NCBI GenBank assembly: GCA_964435025.1
Contig: CAYSXL010000002.1
Coordinates: 1 to 34,237 of the forward strand
Source of the DNA: an uncultured Candidatus Saccharibacteria bacterium
GTDB taxonomy: Bacteria; Patescibacteriota; Minisyncoccia; Minisyncoccales; PWPS01
Length of the DNA: 34,237 nt
Direction of reading: 5' to 3'
Numbering within the stretch: the first letter of the stretch is position 1; every line of letters starts with the position of its first letter. Below the pieces are notes generated by a model. The model saw only the letters and a program-made list of their open reading frames with translations. It did not search any database and was not told the origin of the DNA. Shown here piece after piece: positions 25,501 through 33,144 of this stretch. Both the position numbers and the translations under genes were made by a program.

Positions 25501-28500
25501 CTTGTTGGTGTGGAAACTCTGCCGGGGCGCAGGCAATGAGTAATTTTGATACTTTTCTCGCGCCTTTCATAAGAAAGGACAACCTTTCCTATAAACAAGT
25601 AAAGCAAGCCGTCCAGGAATTCGCCTTTAATTGTATGGTTCCCACTCGTGTAGGATTTCAGTGCCTTTCGGAAGACACAGAGATACTTACTAAAAAAGGG
25701 TGGAAGAAACACAACGAAGTCAGAAAAGGGGATATAATAAAAACTTTCAATACGGAGAAAGGAGTTATTGAAGAGAAAAAGATAAAGAAGGTTTTCAGCA
25801 GAGAGTACGAAGGAAAGATGTATAACTTGGTAAACAGAGTCCAAGATCAACTTATCTCTCCCGGGCACAGGGTAGTAAGAAAGAAGTTTAATAGTGAAAA
25901 GTACTGTCTTGAAGAGATAGAAAAAACAAAGACCCTAAAATCTCCTCAAGCAATACCCGTAGGGGCAAGTAACTTAAACAAGGAAATCGGGCTCAGTGAC
26001 GAGGAAATTAAACTTGTTGCCTTTGTTCTTTCGGAAGGAAGTTTAGAAAAGAAAGGAAGTTGGAGAAAGGTAATGATTTACCAGTCAAAGAAAAAAAACA
26101 AGGAAAAATATGAAGAAATAATATCCTTACTTGATATATTGGGGGTAGATTATACTCTGCAGAAAGGATCTAAGTCACTTGGAGATACTGTTATTCAAAT
26201 TAAGTTTAACGCCGAAAACTCAAAAAAGGTTCTTCGCCTTTTTGACAGAGACGATAATGTAAAAGTTGTTCCCGAGAGAATATTGGAGATGAGCGGGAGA
26301 CAAAGCAAGGTGTTTATCGAAACCTACATTAAAGGGGATGGACATGGAAATTGTAAAATTACCGTTTCTGACAAAAAGATACTTGAAGATTTGCAGAGAA
26401 TTGTTGTAAATGCCGGTTACGGGTTTACGGTGGCAAGCAGAAGGTCTTCAGGGGCGGAAAACAAGACGCTCTACACTTTGAGAATTATAAGGCATAAAGA
26501 AACTTATATAAGAGAGATAAAGGAAGTTAATTACAAAGGAATTATCTGGTCGGTTAACACGGAGAATGAAACGGTTGTGGCAAAGAGGAAAGAAAAAGTT
26601 TTCATAACCGGGAATACGCCCTTTATAAATATATCTCTTGATGTAAAGGTGCCCGAATTCCTTAAAGATCAACCGGTAATGATAGGAGGTGAACTTCAAA
26701 AAGAAACTTACGGGGACTTTCAAAAGGAGATGGATCTCTTTAATAGCGCTTTTTACGAGGTACTTATGGAAGGAGATGCAAAAGGAAGAGTTTTTACCTT
26801 TCCTATTCCGACTATTTCTATTGCCAAAGACTTTGACTGGGATAATAAATCTCTCGACAAGATGTGGGAAGCGACGGCAAAGTACGGGATAAACTACTTT
26901 TCCAACTTTGTACAATCCGACATGAACCCCGAGGACTTTAGGAGCATGTGTCCTCTCGGAGGAAATGAAAAAGTTTTAATTAAATCAAGCAGAGGTCGTG
27001 GAGTAGAGTATTCGCGAATTCGGTGGATCTATGAAGGGAACCATAGTGAAAAAGACTATTGGATTTACAGCAACGGAAAGTTTGTGAAAGGGAAGTTCAA
27101 CAAGTTTGAAAACCAAGAGATGATCAGGGTGACTTTGTTTAACAATCACAAGATTGAAATGAGCAAGAACCACTTGAACTTTATAATGGAAGATGAAGAA
27201 TCTAGAGAGAAAGTATTAAAAGGAGAGGAATTGGAAGAGGGAATGTATCTTCCTTATTCTTTAAAATCCTTTGAAGGAAAGGGAGGTAATCGGGAATTGG
27301 GATATTTCGTGGGAGCTTATGCCGGAGATGGTAGTTTTGACGGAGAGACCAGTGTAATTTTTTCACTAAACGAGGATCAAAAAGAATCCGTAGCTAAAAA
27401 ACTGCAGGATATTGCCGAAAAGTATTTTGGAGCTCATTCCTCTCTCCAAAAACAAAACTCCGGAGACTCGCTATTGACGCTTAAAATACATTCCAAGGCG
27501 GCGGTTGGTTTCTGTAAAGACTTTGTAAAGGATGAGAAAAGAGAAAAACAATATAGTGCAAGACTTTTCGGTATGAGCAAAGATTTCCGCCAAGGGGTGG
27601 TTAAAGGGCATTATGCGACGGACGGAGGAAATAGGAATAGAATTTACACTTCTTCTCATGAAATGGTGGAGACACTGAATATGTTGGCGGCGACACTTGG
27701 CACTACCACCGCTGTTTATAAAGATGAAAGAGAGGGAAGATTGGAGAAAGGAGCCAATTATGCCGTTTTGTTCTATCAACTAAACAAAGAAAAGCTGGAA
27801 GATTTCTGGTTTAAGAAGAATGAAAAACTATGGATAAAAATTAAATCTATTGAAAGTATTTCCGATTCTGCGGCCTACTGTTTCGAAGTTGAGAATGATG
27901 AACCCGTTTTCACTGTCGGTACTACGGGTATATTAACTCACAACTGCAGACTTAGGCTCGATAATAAGGAGCTTATAAAGCGAGGTGGTGGCCTTTTCGG
28001 GTCACAACCCCTCACAGGGAGCATTGGCGTAGTTACTATCAACATGCCTCGCATAGGATATCTCTCCAAGACAAGAAAAGAATTTTTCGGCAGATTGGAG
28101 GAAATGATGGATATTGCAAAAGAAAGCCTGGAAATAAAAAGAAAAGTTTTGGACAATTTTATAGAAAAAGGCCTTTATCCTTATACGAGGAATTATCTTT
28201 CTTCGGTCAAAAAACTCAGAGGATCTTATTTTGGAAACCACTTCTCTACCATAGGTCTTATTGGGATGAACGAAACCACGCTCAACTTTCTTGGAGAAGA
28301 CATCGGTTCGAAAAAAGGAAGGGCTTTTGCCTTGGAGGTGCTCAATTTTATGAGAGAAAAACTTGTAGCGTACCAAGAGCAAACGGGATATCTCTATAAC
28401 TTGGAAGCTACTCCCGGAGAAGGAGCTTCCTTTAGGCAAGCGAGAGTGGATAGAGAGAAGTATCCCGATATTATTACCGCGGGCACGAAGGACGCCCCCT

Positions 28501-28817
28501 ACTATACCAATTCCGTGCACCTCCCTGTAAATTACACGGACGACCCCTTTGAAGCATTGGATCTTCAGGATGACCTGCAACAGAGCTTTACGGGCGGAAC
28601 GGTGTTGCATTTGTTTTTAGGTGAGAGGATAAATACTCCCGAAGCGGCAAAAAACCTTGTAAGAAAAGTTTTTGAAAATTATCACCTTCCTTACATAACC
28701 CTTACTCCCACCTTTTCAATTTGCCCGAAATGTGGTTATCTTAAAGGAGAGCAAACTTACTGTCCAAATTGTAAGATTAAAGCGCCTAAAAAAGTAATTA
28801 AAAAGTTTAAAGAATAA
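22503..28817 (+). CDS. nrdD: Anaerobic (class III) ribonucleoside-triphosphate reductase large chain. It has an ATP-cone, is interrupted by four inteins, and lacks the glycyl-radical loop.
   Basis: ATP-cone (KVEKRNGEIVPFNKEKIEKAIYKA). NrdD extein motifs FHIHDL, CCGWDL, GE/SAGAQA, GFQ/TPFINI and RSM/CRLRLD. Also EATPGEG and the C-terminal Zn ribbon CPKCG-x8-CPNC. Exteins total 670 aa (nt 22503-23027, 24318-24455, 25518-25661, 26616-26948, 27945-28814). Confidence 0.9.
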   Translation: MISKVEKRNGEIVPFNKEKIEKAIYKAVTFTKEEDGEKAADVSDKVFDLLLRRFSSEETPHVEEIQDIVEEVLIMEGLVETARSYILYREKRREIRETVSEFDESTELIEKYIGEIDWQIKENANMTYSLQGLNQYTTSHISKKYWLNKIYPERVREAAKNQDFHIHDLNLLATYTFFGREVLPVKLSGEIKLVSFQDLYEFVDAREVLLNEKDQAFAKYPEDLRVLDRGGWTEVKRLVKKKKERKMRFLKSEQGRSVIVTDNHPFIIKEDEKGEEKEIRSQDVKKGEHLMESVNIPNLVEKEGIFQKDFVYVAEELLRSGVNEFFLEGLDRREFMEKWNGRTDVEGTVSVSNSANGMDNKLELTENFGYLVGMFIAEGSYDHERVVITTGEAKIIERIRRTCHEFGLRCYEGDKKEGSAKNISINSATFKLLFEKVFCIKGKSKNKNIPPNILSYNIDFAKGLVAGVIDGDGTVSPFDDSHKNSQILIRVSSRTMLEQLAVLLQIFGIVPRDRTEGLGSKREFNGRGIEQNYPLYGLSFSKRENVDIPSFKYRGGSVARKSWGADGYGWNKVLSNEETEIYEEWIYDITTESGTLVCNGVLVHNCCGWDLQDLLLRGFGGVSSKVESKPPKHLRPALGQIVNFFFTLQGECYSEDTQVLTKDGWKYFYEVSKKDKVFTLKNETGEVELQKPVKFYEFDHEGELYNFKSKKLDLLVTPNHNMIVDQYNPELLSENYKRKFVKAKDFNPSTHFIPKQAIWKGKKEEYFTLPAVQIIKYSGYTGRYRKEKLKEKEIPMSKWIPFFGFWLAEGCTSLQKRKRKDRNKPYYEYQIRITQNEGKNAEEFKRVLERLPFPYLTKKAGKKLEFCIWSKQLFSYLRRFGASGEKFVPEEIKGLEKNHLSSLLGWMMKGDGYEGNGNIEYYTKSEKLANDVQEVILKIGLTANIYRKNKGKFSWYKVCNSRSKHFRLSKESVKKVDYKGKVYCLEVPNHTLYVRRNGRACWCGNSAGAQAMSNFDTFLAPFIRKDNLSYKQVKQAVQEFAFNCMVPTRVGFQCLSEDTEILTKKGWKKHNEVRKGDIIKTFNTEKGVIEEKKIKKVFSREYEGKMYNLVNRVQDQLISPGHRVVRKKFNSEKYCLEEIEKTKTLKSPQAIPVGASNLNKEIGLSDEEIKLVAFVLSEGSLEKKGSWRKVMIYQSKKKNKEKYEEIISLLDILGVDYTLQKGSKSLGDTVIQIKFNAENSKKVLRLFDRDDNVKVVPERILEMSGRQSKVFIETYIKGDGHGNCKITVSDKKILEDLQRIVVNAGYGFTVASRRSSGAENKTLYTLRIIRHKETYIREIKEVNYKGIIWSVNTENETVVAKRKEKVFITGNTPFINISLDVKVPEFLKDQPVMIGGELQKETYGDFQKEMDLFNSAFYEVLMEGDAKGRVFTFPIPTISIAKDFDWDNKSLDKMWEATAKYGINYFSNFVQSDMNPEDFRSMCPLGGNEKVLIKSSRGRGVEYSRIRWIYEGNHSEKDYWIYSNGKFVKGKFNKFENQEMIRVTLFNNHKIEMSKNHLNFIMEDEESREKVLKGEELEEGMYLPYSLKSFEGKGGNRELGYFVGAYAGDGSFDGETSVIFSLNEDQKESVAKKLQDIAEKYFGAHSSLQKQNSGDSLLTLKIHSKAAVGFCKDFVKDEKREKQYSARLFGMSKDFRQGVVKGHYATDGGNRNRIYTSSHEMVETLNMLAATLGTTTAVYKDEREGRLEKGANYAVLFYQLNKEKLEDFWFKKNEKLWIKIKSIESISDSAAYCFEVENDEPVFTVGTTGILTHNCRLRLDNKELIKRGGGLFGSQPLTGSIGVVTINMPRIGYLSKTRKEFFGRLEEMMDIAKESLEIKRKVLDNFIEKGLYPYTRNYLSSVKKLRGSYFGNHFSTIGLIGMNETTLNFLGEDIGSKKGRAFALEVLNFMREKLVAYQEQTGYLYNLEATPGEGASFRQARVDREKYPDIITAGTKDAPYYTNSVHLPVNYTDDPFEALDLQDDLQQSFTGGTVLHLFLGERINTPEAAKNLVRKVFENYHLPYITLTPTFSICPKCGYLKGEQTYCPNCKIKAPKKVIKKFKE
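23028..24317 (+). mobile_element. Intein 1 (430 aa) with a LAGLIDADG homing-endonuclease domain
   Basis: It sits between the conserved extein residues ..HIHDLNLLATY and CCGWDL. Block B is VIVTDNHPF. LAGLIDADG motifs are FGYLVGMFIAEGS and LVAGVIDGDGT. The C-terminus is VLVHN followed by +1 Cys. The N-terminal residue appears to be Thr (TFFGREVLPV), so that boundary is less certain. Confidence 0.75.
24456..25517 (+). mobile_element. Intein 2 (354 aa) with a LAGLIDADG domain
   Basis: Block A is CYSEDTQVLTKDGW and block B is LLVTPNHNM. LAGLIDADG motifs are FFGFWLAEGC and LLGWMMKGDGY. It ends ..ACWCGN with +1 Ser. Removal restores TLQGE-SAGAQA. Confidence 0.85.
25662..26615 (+). mobile_element. 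Intein 3 (318 aa) with a LAGLIDADG domain
   Basis: Block A is CLSEDTEILTKKGW and block B is LISPGHRVV. LAGLIDADG motifs are LVAFVLSEGS and FIETYIKGDGHG. It ends ..VFITGN with +1 Thr. Removal restores RVGFQ-TPFINI. Confidence 0.85.
26949..27944 (+). mobile_element. Intein 4 (332 aa) with a LAGLIDADG domain
   Basis: It starts CPLGGNEKVLIK and block B is EMSKNHLNF. LAGLIDADG motifs are LGYFVGAYAGDGS and VVKGHYATDGG. It ends ..GILTHN with +1 Cys. Removal restores DFRSM-CRLRLD. Confidence 0.85.
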
Positions 28818-28821
28818 AAAT

Positions 28822-29133
28822 ATGGAAAAAAATATATTTAAAACTAAGGAAAAAGCGCTCGATAAAGGGAAGTGCTTCGACTGTGAGAAAGAGGTCAGCA
28901 TAAACGAAGAGGAAATAGAAAACGGCTCTTTACTGGTATACGAAGATGGAGGAGAGGATGTTTTTGTTTTGAAATGCGATGATTGCCTAAAAAATAGCGA
29001 AGAGATATCCGAATATCAAAGATGTGAAATATACTCTCGTATTGTCGGATACCTCCGTCCCGTAAATCAATGGAATGCCGGAAAAAGGCAGGAATACAGC
29101 GAAAGAAAGGAGTATAAAGTTCCCGAAAAATAG
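28822..29133 (+). CDS. Free-standing NrdD C-terminal module: Zn ribbon plus glycyl-radical loop (103 aa)
   Basis: CFDC-x30-CDDC, then EIYSRIVGYLRPVNQWNAGKRQEYSERKEY, which is the NrdD RxxGY glycyl-radical signature (Gly76 at nt 29047-29049). The ATG lies 4 nt after the nrdD stop, in the +1 frame. nrdG follows 5 nt later. Confidence 0.8.
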   Translation: MEKNIFKTKEKALDKGKCFDCEKEVSINEEEIENGSLLVYEDGGEDVFVLKCDDCLKNSEEISEYQRCEIYSRIVGYLRPVNQWNAGKRQEYSERKEYKVPEK

Positions 29134-29138
29134 TATCC

Positions 29139-29834
29139 GTGAAAATAGGAGGCCTACAAAAGTTTACTCTTATCGATTATCCGGAGAAGATTGCTTGCAC
29201 GGTTTTCTTGTCGGGATGTAATTTTAGGTGTCCTTGGTGTTATTCTCCGGAACTTGTTCTTCCCGAGGAGATAGAAAGAAATCGGGGAATTGATAAAGAG
29301 GACTTTTTCTCTTTTCTGAGAAAAAGAAAAGGAAGACTGGAAGGGGTGGTAATTTGCGGAGGGGAGCCGACAATCCACAAAGACCTTTTCCCGTTTATAA
29401 AAGAAATAAGAAAAGAAGGTTTTCCGGTTAAAATCGATACGAACGGCTCTTATCCGGAAGTACTGGAAGAGCTTATAAAAGAGAGTCTTATTGATTATAT
29501 TGCTATGGATGTAAAGCTTTCTCCCGAGAATTACGGCAAGATTACGGGGGAGGAAAATTATGCGGGGAAAATAAAAAAAAGCATAAAACTCTTATTGGAG
29601 GATAGAGTCAATTATGAATTTAGGACAACGCTTGTTCCCGGGGTCCATGATATAAAAGAGGTTAAAGAGATAGGAGAAGAGATAAAAGGGGCAAAAAGAT
29701 ATTTTCTGCAAAACTTTTTACCCGAAAAGAATATGGAAAAGAGTTTTCTTAAAGAAAAGCCCTTTACCAAAGAAGAGCTTGAAGAGTTTAAAAAAGCGGC
29801 AAATCCTTTCGTAAAAATGTGCGAAATAAGATAA
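29139..29834 (+). CDS. nrdG: Anaerobic RNR activating enzyme (radical SAM), GTG start
   Basis: FTLIDYPEKIACTVFLSGCNFRCPWCYSPE (CxxxCxxC cluster motif) and the VVICGGEPT SAM-binding motif. The position after nrdD supports the call. Confidence 0.9.
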   Translation: MKIGGLQKFTLIDYPEKIACTVFLSGCNFRCPWCYSPELVLPEEIERNRGIDKEDFFSFLRKRKGRLEGVVICGGEPTIHKDLFPFIKEIRKEGFPVKIDTNGSYPEVLEELIKESLIDYIAMDVKLSPENYGKITGEENYAGKIKKSIKLLLEDRVNYEFRTTLVPGVHDIKEVKEIGEEIKGAKRYFLQNFLPEKNMEKSFLKEKPFTKEELEEFKKAANPFVKMCEIR

Positions 29835-31231
29835 AAATCTCCCGAATAGCGTTATTTACTCTCCTATCTTTTATTTTAGGAATATTTTTTGCCCCGATAA
29901 GTATTATCTCGGGTCTTTTTTTTGTCTCTCTTTTTTATATCTTTCTCAAAGATCGCACAGTTACCGTTTTTTGTCTGGTTTTTTTCCTTGCGGGCTCATT
30001 TTATTTTTTAAATAGCTTTTATCAGATTCCGTCTTCTTTAGAATCTCCTGTAATCGGGAAAATTACGGAAGAACCTCTCTATAAAGAAAATAGTGCGAGG
30101 ATTGTATTAGAGCGCAAGGAAGGGAAGATGCTCTTATATACGGATACTCTTGTAGCTTACGAATACGGGGATGTGCTTATGGTGGACGGGGATTTTGTAA
30201 GCCCGGAGAAGGGTTCTTATGCAAATTATTTAATGAAAGAGGGGATTTATCACACCTCCTTTTATCCTGAAATGGAGAAAATAGGAAGTGAGCGAAATTT
30301 CTTTAATAAAGCGTTGCAAAATTTCAGAGGTGGCTTAAAAAACACAATAAGAAAAGCAGTTCCCGCTCCGGAATCCTTTTTACTTGAAGCGGTTGTGCTC
30401 GGAGACCGAAGCTCTTTCCCTTCCGAGCTTGATGAGATGCTTAGCATTTCCGGAACGCGTCATATTACCGCTATATCGGGGATGCACATAATTATTATAT
30501 CTTCCGCTCTTTTCTTTTTATTTTCTTTTCTTGGGGTTTTGAGAAGACACGCCGCGCTTTTATCTCTGTTTTGTATTTTTCTTTTTGTAATTTTTATCGG
30601 AGCTCCGGCTTCGGCAGTGAGGGCGGGAGTCATGGGAGGGTTGTTGCTTCTTTCCTATTTTTATTTTCGTGAAACAGTGTCAAAGCGTTTGATAGTTTTT
30701 GCCGCGGCTGTGATGCTTGCTTTCAACCCTTTCCTTTTGCATTTTGATCTCGGATTTCAGCTTTCTTTCTTGGCGGTAACAGGTATTGCTTTTTTACAGG
30801 GACCGGTAAAAGCGCTTTTATGCGGTAATGATTTTTTAAGAAAAAAAGAAAAATTGGCCGATATTTTGGCGGTTACGTTATCGGCGCAACTGTTTGTTTT
30901 TCCTCTTATTTTATACAATTTCGGCCACATTCCTCTTTTTTCCGTTTTTACCAATATCCTTATTGTCCCGCTTCTTCCTTTTGTTATGGTATTCGGATTT
31001 CTTACCGCTCTTACCGGGGCTTTTATTTTTTCTTTCCCCGCATATCTTCTGCTTTCTTTTATCCTCTTGGTGGTAGAAACGGTGGCAGGGCTTCCTTTTG
31101 CGGCAGTTTACCTGGAAAAAGTCCCTCTTTATTTCGTAATTTTTCTTTACGGGCTGATAATTTACAAGACACTACAACTCTCAAACACTCTTCCTTTTTT
31201 TCGAAAAGCTAACACCGAAAGCGGTTTTTAG
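29819..31231 (+). CDS. comEC: ComEC/Rec2-family DNA internalisation channel (DUF4131 plus competence domain, no MBL domain), GTG start
   Basis: Polytopic protein. An OB-like N-terminal region (GKITEEP...VLERKEG..LLY) is followed by LSISGTRHITAISGMHI and other competence-domain-type motifs. It overlaps the nrdG end by 16 nt. Confidence 0.8.
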   Translation: MRNKIKISRIALFTLLSFILGIFFAPISIISGLFFVSLFYIFLKDRTVTVFCLVFFLAGSFYFLNSFYQIPSSLESPVIGKITEEPLYKENSARIVLERKEGKMLLYTDTLVAYEYGDVLMVDGDFVSPEKGSYANYLMKEGIYHTSFYPEMEKIGSERNFFNKALQNFRGGLKNTIRKAVPAPESFLLEAVVLGDRSSFPSELDEMLSISGTRHITAISGMHIIIISSALFFLFSFLGVLRRHAALLSLFCIFLFVIFIGAPASAVRAGVMGGLLLLSYFYFRETVSKRLIVFAAAVMLAFNPFLLHFDLGFQLSFLAVTGIAFLQGPVKALLCGNDFLRKKEKLADILAVTLSAQLFVFPLILYNFGHIPLFSVFTNILIVPLLPFVMVFGFLTALTGAFIFSFPAYLLLSFILLVVETVAGLPFAAVYLEKVPLYFVIFLYGLIIYKTLQLSNTLPFFRKANTESGF

Positions 31232-31240
31232 CTAAATAGG

Positions 31241-31268
31241 TTGAATATTATTGAGTTTTGAGTATAAT
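31241..31268 (+). promoter_or_regulatory. Sigma-70-type promoter
   Basis: TTGAAT (31241-31246), a 16-nt spacer, then TATAAT (31263-31268). The ACAAAGGTCG motif lies just downstream at 31279-31288. Confidence 0.55.
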
Positions 31269-31323
31269 AAAGAAGCTGACAAAGGTCGCAAGAGGAAATA
31301 CAAATAAATATATAATTTTTATT

Positions 31324-31485
31324 ATGACTGAAGGATACTGTGTAAAGTGTAAGGCAAAACAAGAAATGAAAGATGAGAAGGAAGTAGAAATGAAAGGAAA
31401 AGGGGGAATGAAGAGGAGAGCGCTTAAAGGGGAATGCCCTAAGTGCGCGACAAAGATGTTTAGGATTCTTGGTAAATCAGACTAA
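31324..31485 (+). CDS. Small zinc-ribbon protein (DUF5679-like)
   Basis: MTEGYCVKCKAKQEMKDEKEVEMKGKGGMKRRALKGECPKCATKMFRILG, with motifs CxxC...CxxC. The track ORF's TTG start at 31258 lies inside the promoter spacer, so I prefer the ATG at 31324. Confidence 0.65.
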   Translation: MTEGYCVKCKAKQEMKDEKEVEMKGKGGMKRRALKGECPKCATKMFRILGKSD

Positions 31486-31504
31486 GCCTCACCTTTCCTT
31501 TAAG

Positions 31505-31533
31505 ACCACCGACCCACAAAGCTCGGTGGTTTT
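31505..31533 (+). terminator. Rho-independent terminator
   Basis: ACCACCGA (31505-31512) pairs with TCGGTGGT (31523-31530) and is followed by TTT. Confidence 0.6.
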
Positions 31534-31544
31534 AAAATTTCAAA

Positions 31545-32363
31545 ATGAAAAAGAGTAAATTATTTTGGGCATTATTTTTTCTTCTCTTTCTAAATTTCCT
31601 TTCGTGGAATTTTCTTCTTTCACTCCAAGACAAAAAAGCGGAAGTTGTTTTCTTTGATGTGGGGCAAGGTGACGCCGTATTTATAAAAACCCCCCAAGGA
31701 CACCATATTTTGATAGACGGGGGACCGGGAGATAAAATACTTGAACATATCGGAAAGGAGCTTTCTTTTTTGGAAGATAAGATAGATTTACTTATTTTAA
31801 CCCATCCTCACTATGACCACCTTTCGGGACTTATGGAAATACTTCAGATTTACGATGTAGAGAACATTATGTGTACGGGGGTTGAGGGAGAAAGTGATAT
31901 CGCGAAAGAGTGGAGAGAAATAGCAAAAGAGAGAGGGTATATAGAAGCGATAGCAGGAAAGAGAGTTTTTGCGAAAAACTTCTCTCTTGAAATAGTCTAT
32001 CCCGAGGAAAGTTTAGAAGGGGAAACGGTAAGCGACCTTAACACGGCATCGGTTATCTCTTATCTTGCGATGGACGGGAGAAGTTTTCTTTTTACGGGTG
32101 ATGCGTATGCCTCTCAGGAGAAGGAAGTACTCTCTTCTTATAATATTCCCGAAGTAGATGTACTTAAAGTAGGTCATCACGGTTCAAAAACCTCTACCTC
32201 AAGCGAATTTATTTCCGCCCTAAGTCCTTCCTACGGAGTAATAATGGCGGGAGAGGGTAATCGCCACGGGCATCCGCACGAAGCAACTATTCAAACGCTC
32301 GAAAAACACAATGTGGAAGTGCTTCGTACTAACGAGCATGGAAATATTCGTTTTGTGTATTAG
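31545..32363 (+). CDS. Membrane-anchored metallo-beta-lactamase-fold hydrolase of the ComEC C-terminal type
   Basis: N-terminal TM. FFDVGQGDAVFI, THPHYDHLSG and VGHHGSKTS motifs match those of the ComEC MBL domain. Confidence 0.8.
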   Translation: MKKSKLFWALFFLLFLNFLSWNFLLSLQDKKAEVVFFDVGQGDAVFIKTPQGHHILIDGGPGDKILEHIGKELSFLEDKIDLLILTHPHYDHLSGLMEILQIYDVENIMCTGVEGESDIAKEWREIAKERGYIEAIAGKRVFAKNFSLEIVYPEESLEGETVSDLNTASVISYLAMDGRSFLFTGDAYASQEKEVLSSYNIPEVDVLKVGHHGSKTSTSSEFISALSPSYGVIMAGEGNRHGHPHEATIQTLEKHNVEVLRTNEHGNIRFVY

Positions 32364-32420
32364 GTATTTTTTTTCTTTTGTAATATAATGGTGGAGTTAT
32401 AAATTTAGATATATAAAAAA

Positions 32421-33131
32421 ATGGAAGAACAAAACAAAAAAGATCTTTCTCAAATTCCCGATACGGAGCTTCCTCCGTCAAAAGAAGATTTCAGGGAGAC
32501 TTTCCAATGGAGAATATTTCGTATTATGGCGGAGTTTGTCGAAGGATTTCAATTCGTTACCGACTTTGAAAAACCAATAGCGATTTTCGGTTCCAGCAGC
32601 TTTAAGGAGGATAGCCCCGATTACCAAAAAGCGAGAAGACTCGGCAACCTCTTGGCAAAAGAAGGTTTTACCGCGATTACCGGAGGAGGACCGGGAATAA
32701 TGGAAGCGGCAAACAGAGGAGCTTATGAAGAAGGAGGGGAGTCCGTGGGCGTTAATATTCAGATAGAGGACGGGGAGAGAGCAAACAAATACTTAAAAAA
32801 ATCCATCGGTTTCTATTATTTCTTTACAAGAAAAGTGATGCTTTCTTTCGGTTCTTCCGGATATGTGTTTTTTCCCGGAGGATACGGAACACTCGATGAG
32901 TTCTTCGAAATGATTACACTTATCCAGACCAAGAAAATTTCTCAGGACGTTGTTGTAGTGGCCGTGGATAAGGAGTTTTGGGAGCCGCTTTTCTCTTGGT
33001 TAAGAAGTACCGTCTGTCAAAAATATAAAGCGATAAAAGAAGAAAATCTTGATATCTTCAAGCTTGTAGACACTCCCGAAGAGGCGCTTGAAATAATAAA
33101 AGAGAATTTTGAAAGTAAAGATAAAAAATAA
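32421..33131 (+). CDS. LOG-family / TIGR00730-type protein (cytokinin riboside 5'-monophosphate phosphoribohydrolase-like)
   Basis: GGGPGIMEAANRGA and PGGYGTLDEFFE signature motifs. Confidence 0.85.
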   Translation: MEEQNKKDLSQIPDTELPPSKEDFRETFQWRIFRIMAEFVEGFQFVTDFEKPIAIFGSSSFKEDSPDYQKARRLGNLLAKEGFTAITGGGPGIMEAANRGAYEEGGESVGVNIQIEDGERANKYLKKSIGFYYFFTRKVMLSFGSSGYVFFPGGYGTLDEFFEMITLIQTKKISQDVVVVAVDKEFWEPLFSWLRSTVCQKYKAIKEENLDIFKLVDTPEEALEIIKENFESKDKK

Positions 33132-33144
33132 TAGTTTAGAAAAT

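Noticed and set aside
28786-28824. Programmed frameshift or read-through that would join nrdD to the glycyl-radical ORF.
   Set aside because: The small ORF is in the +1 frame, and that frame is blocked by TAA at 28798-28800. The T-AAA-AAG stretch would promote a -1 shift, not a +1 shift. The small ORF also has its own ATG. A sequencing indel in the short remaining window still needs to be excluded with reads.
31258-31323. 22-aa N-terminal extension of the DUF5679-like ORF (TTG start in the track).
   Set aside because: The TTG lies inside the predicted promoter spacer, so it would not be transcribed. The conserved Zn-ribbon core begins at the ATG at 31324.
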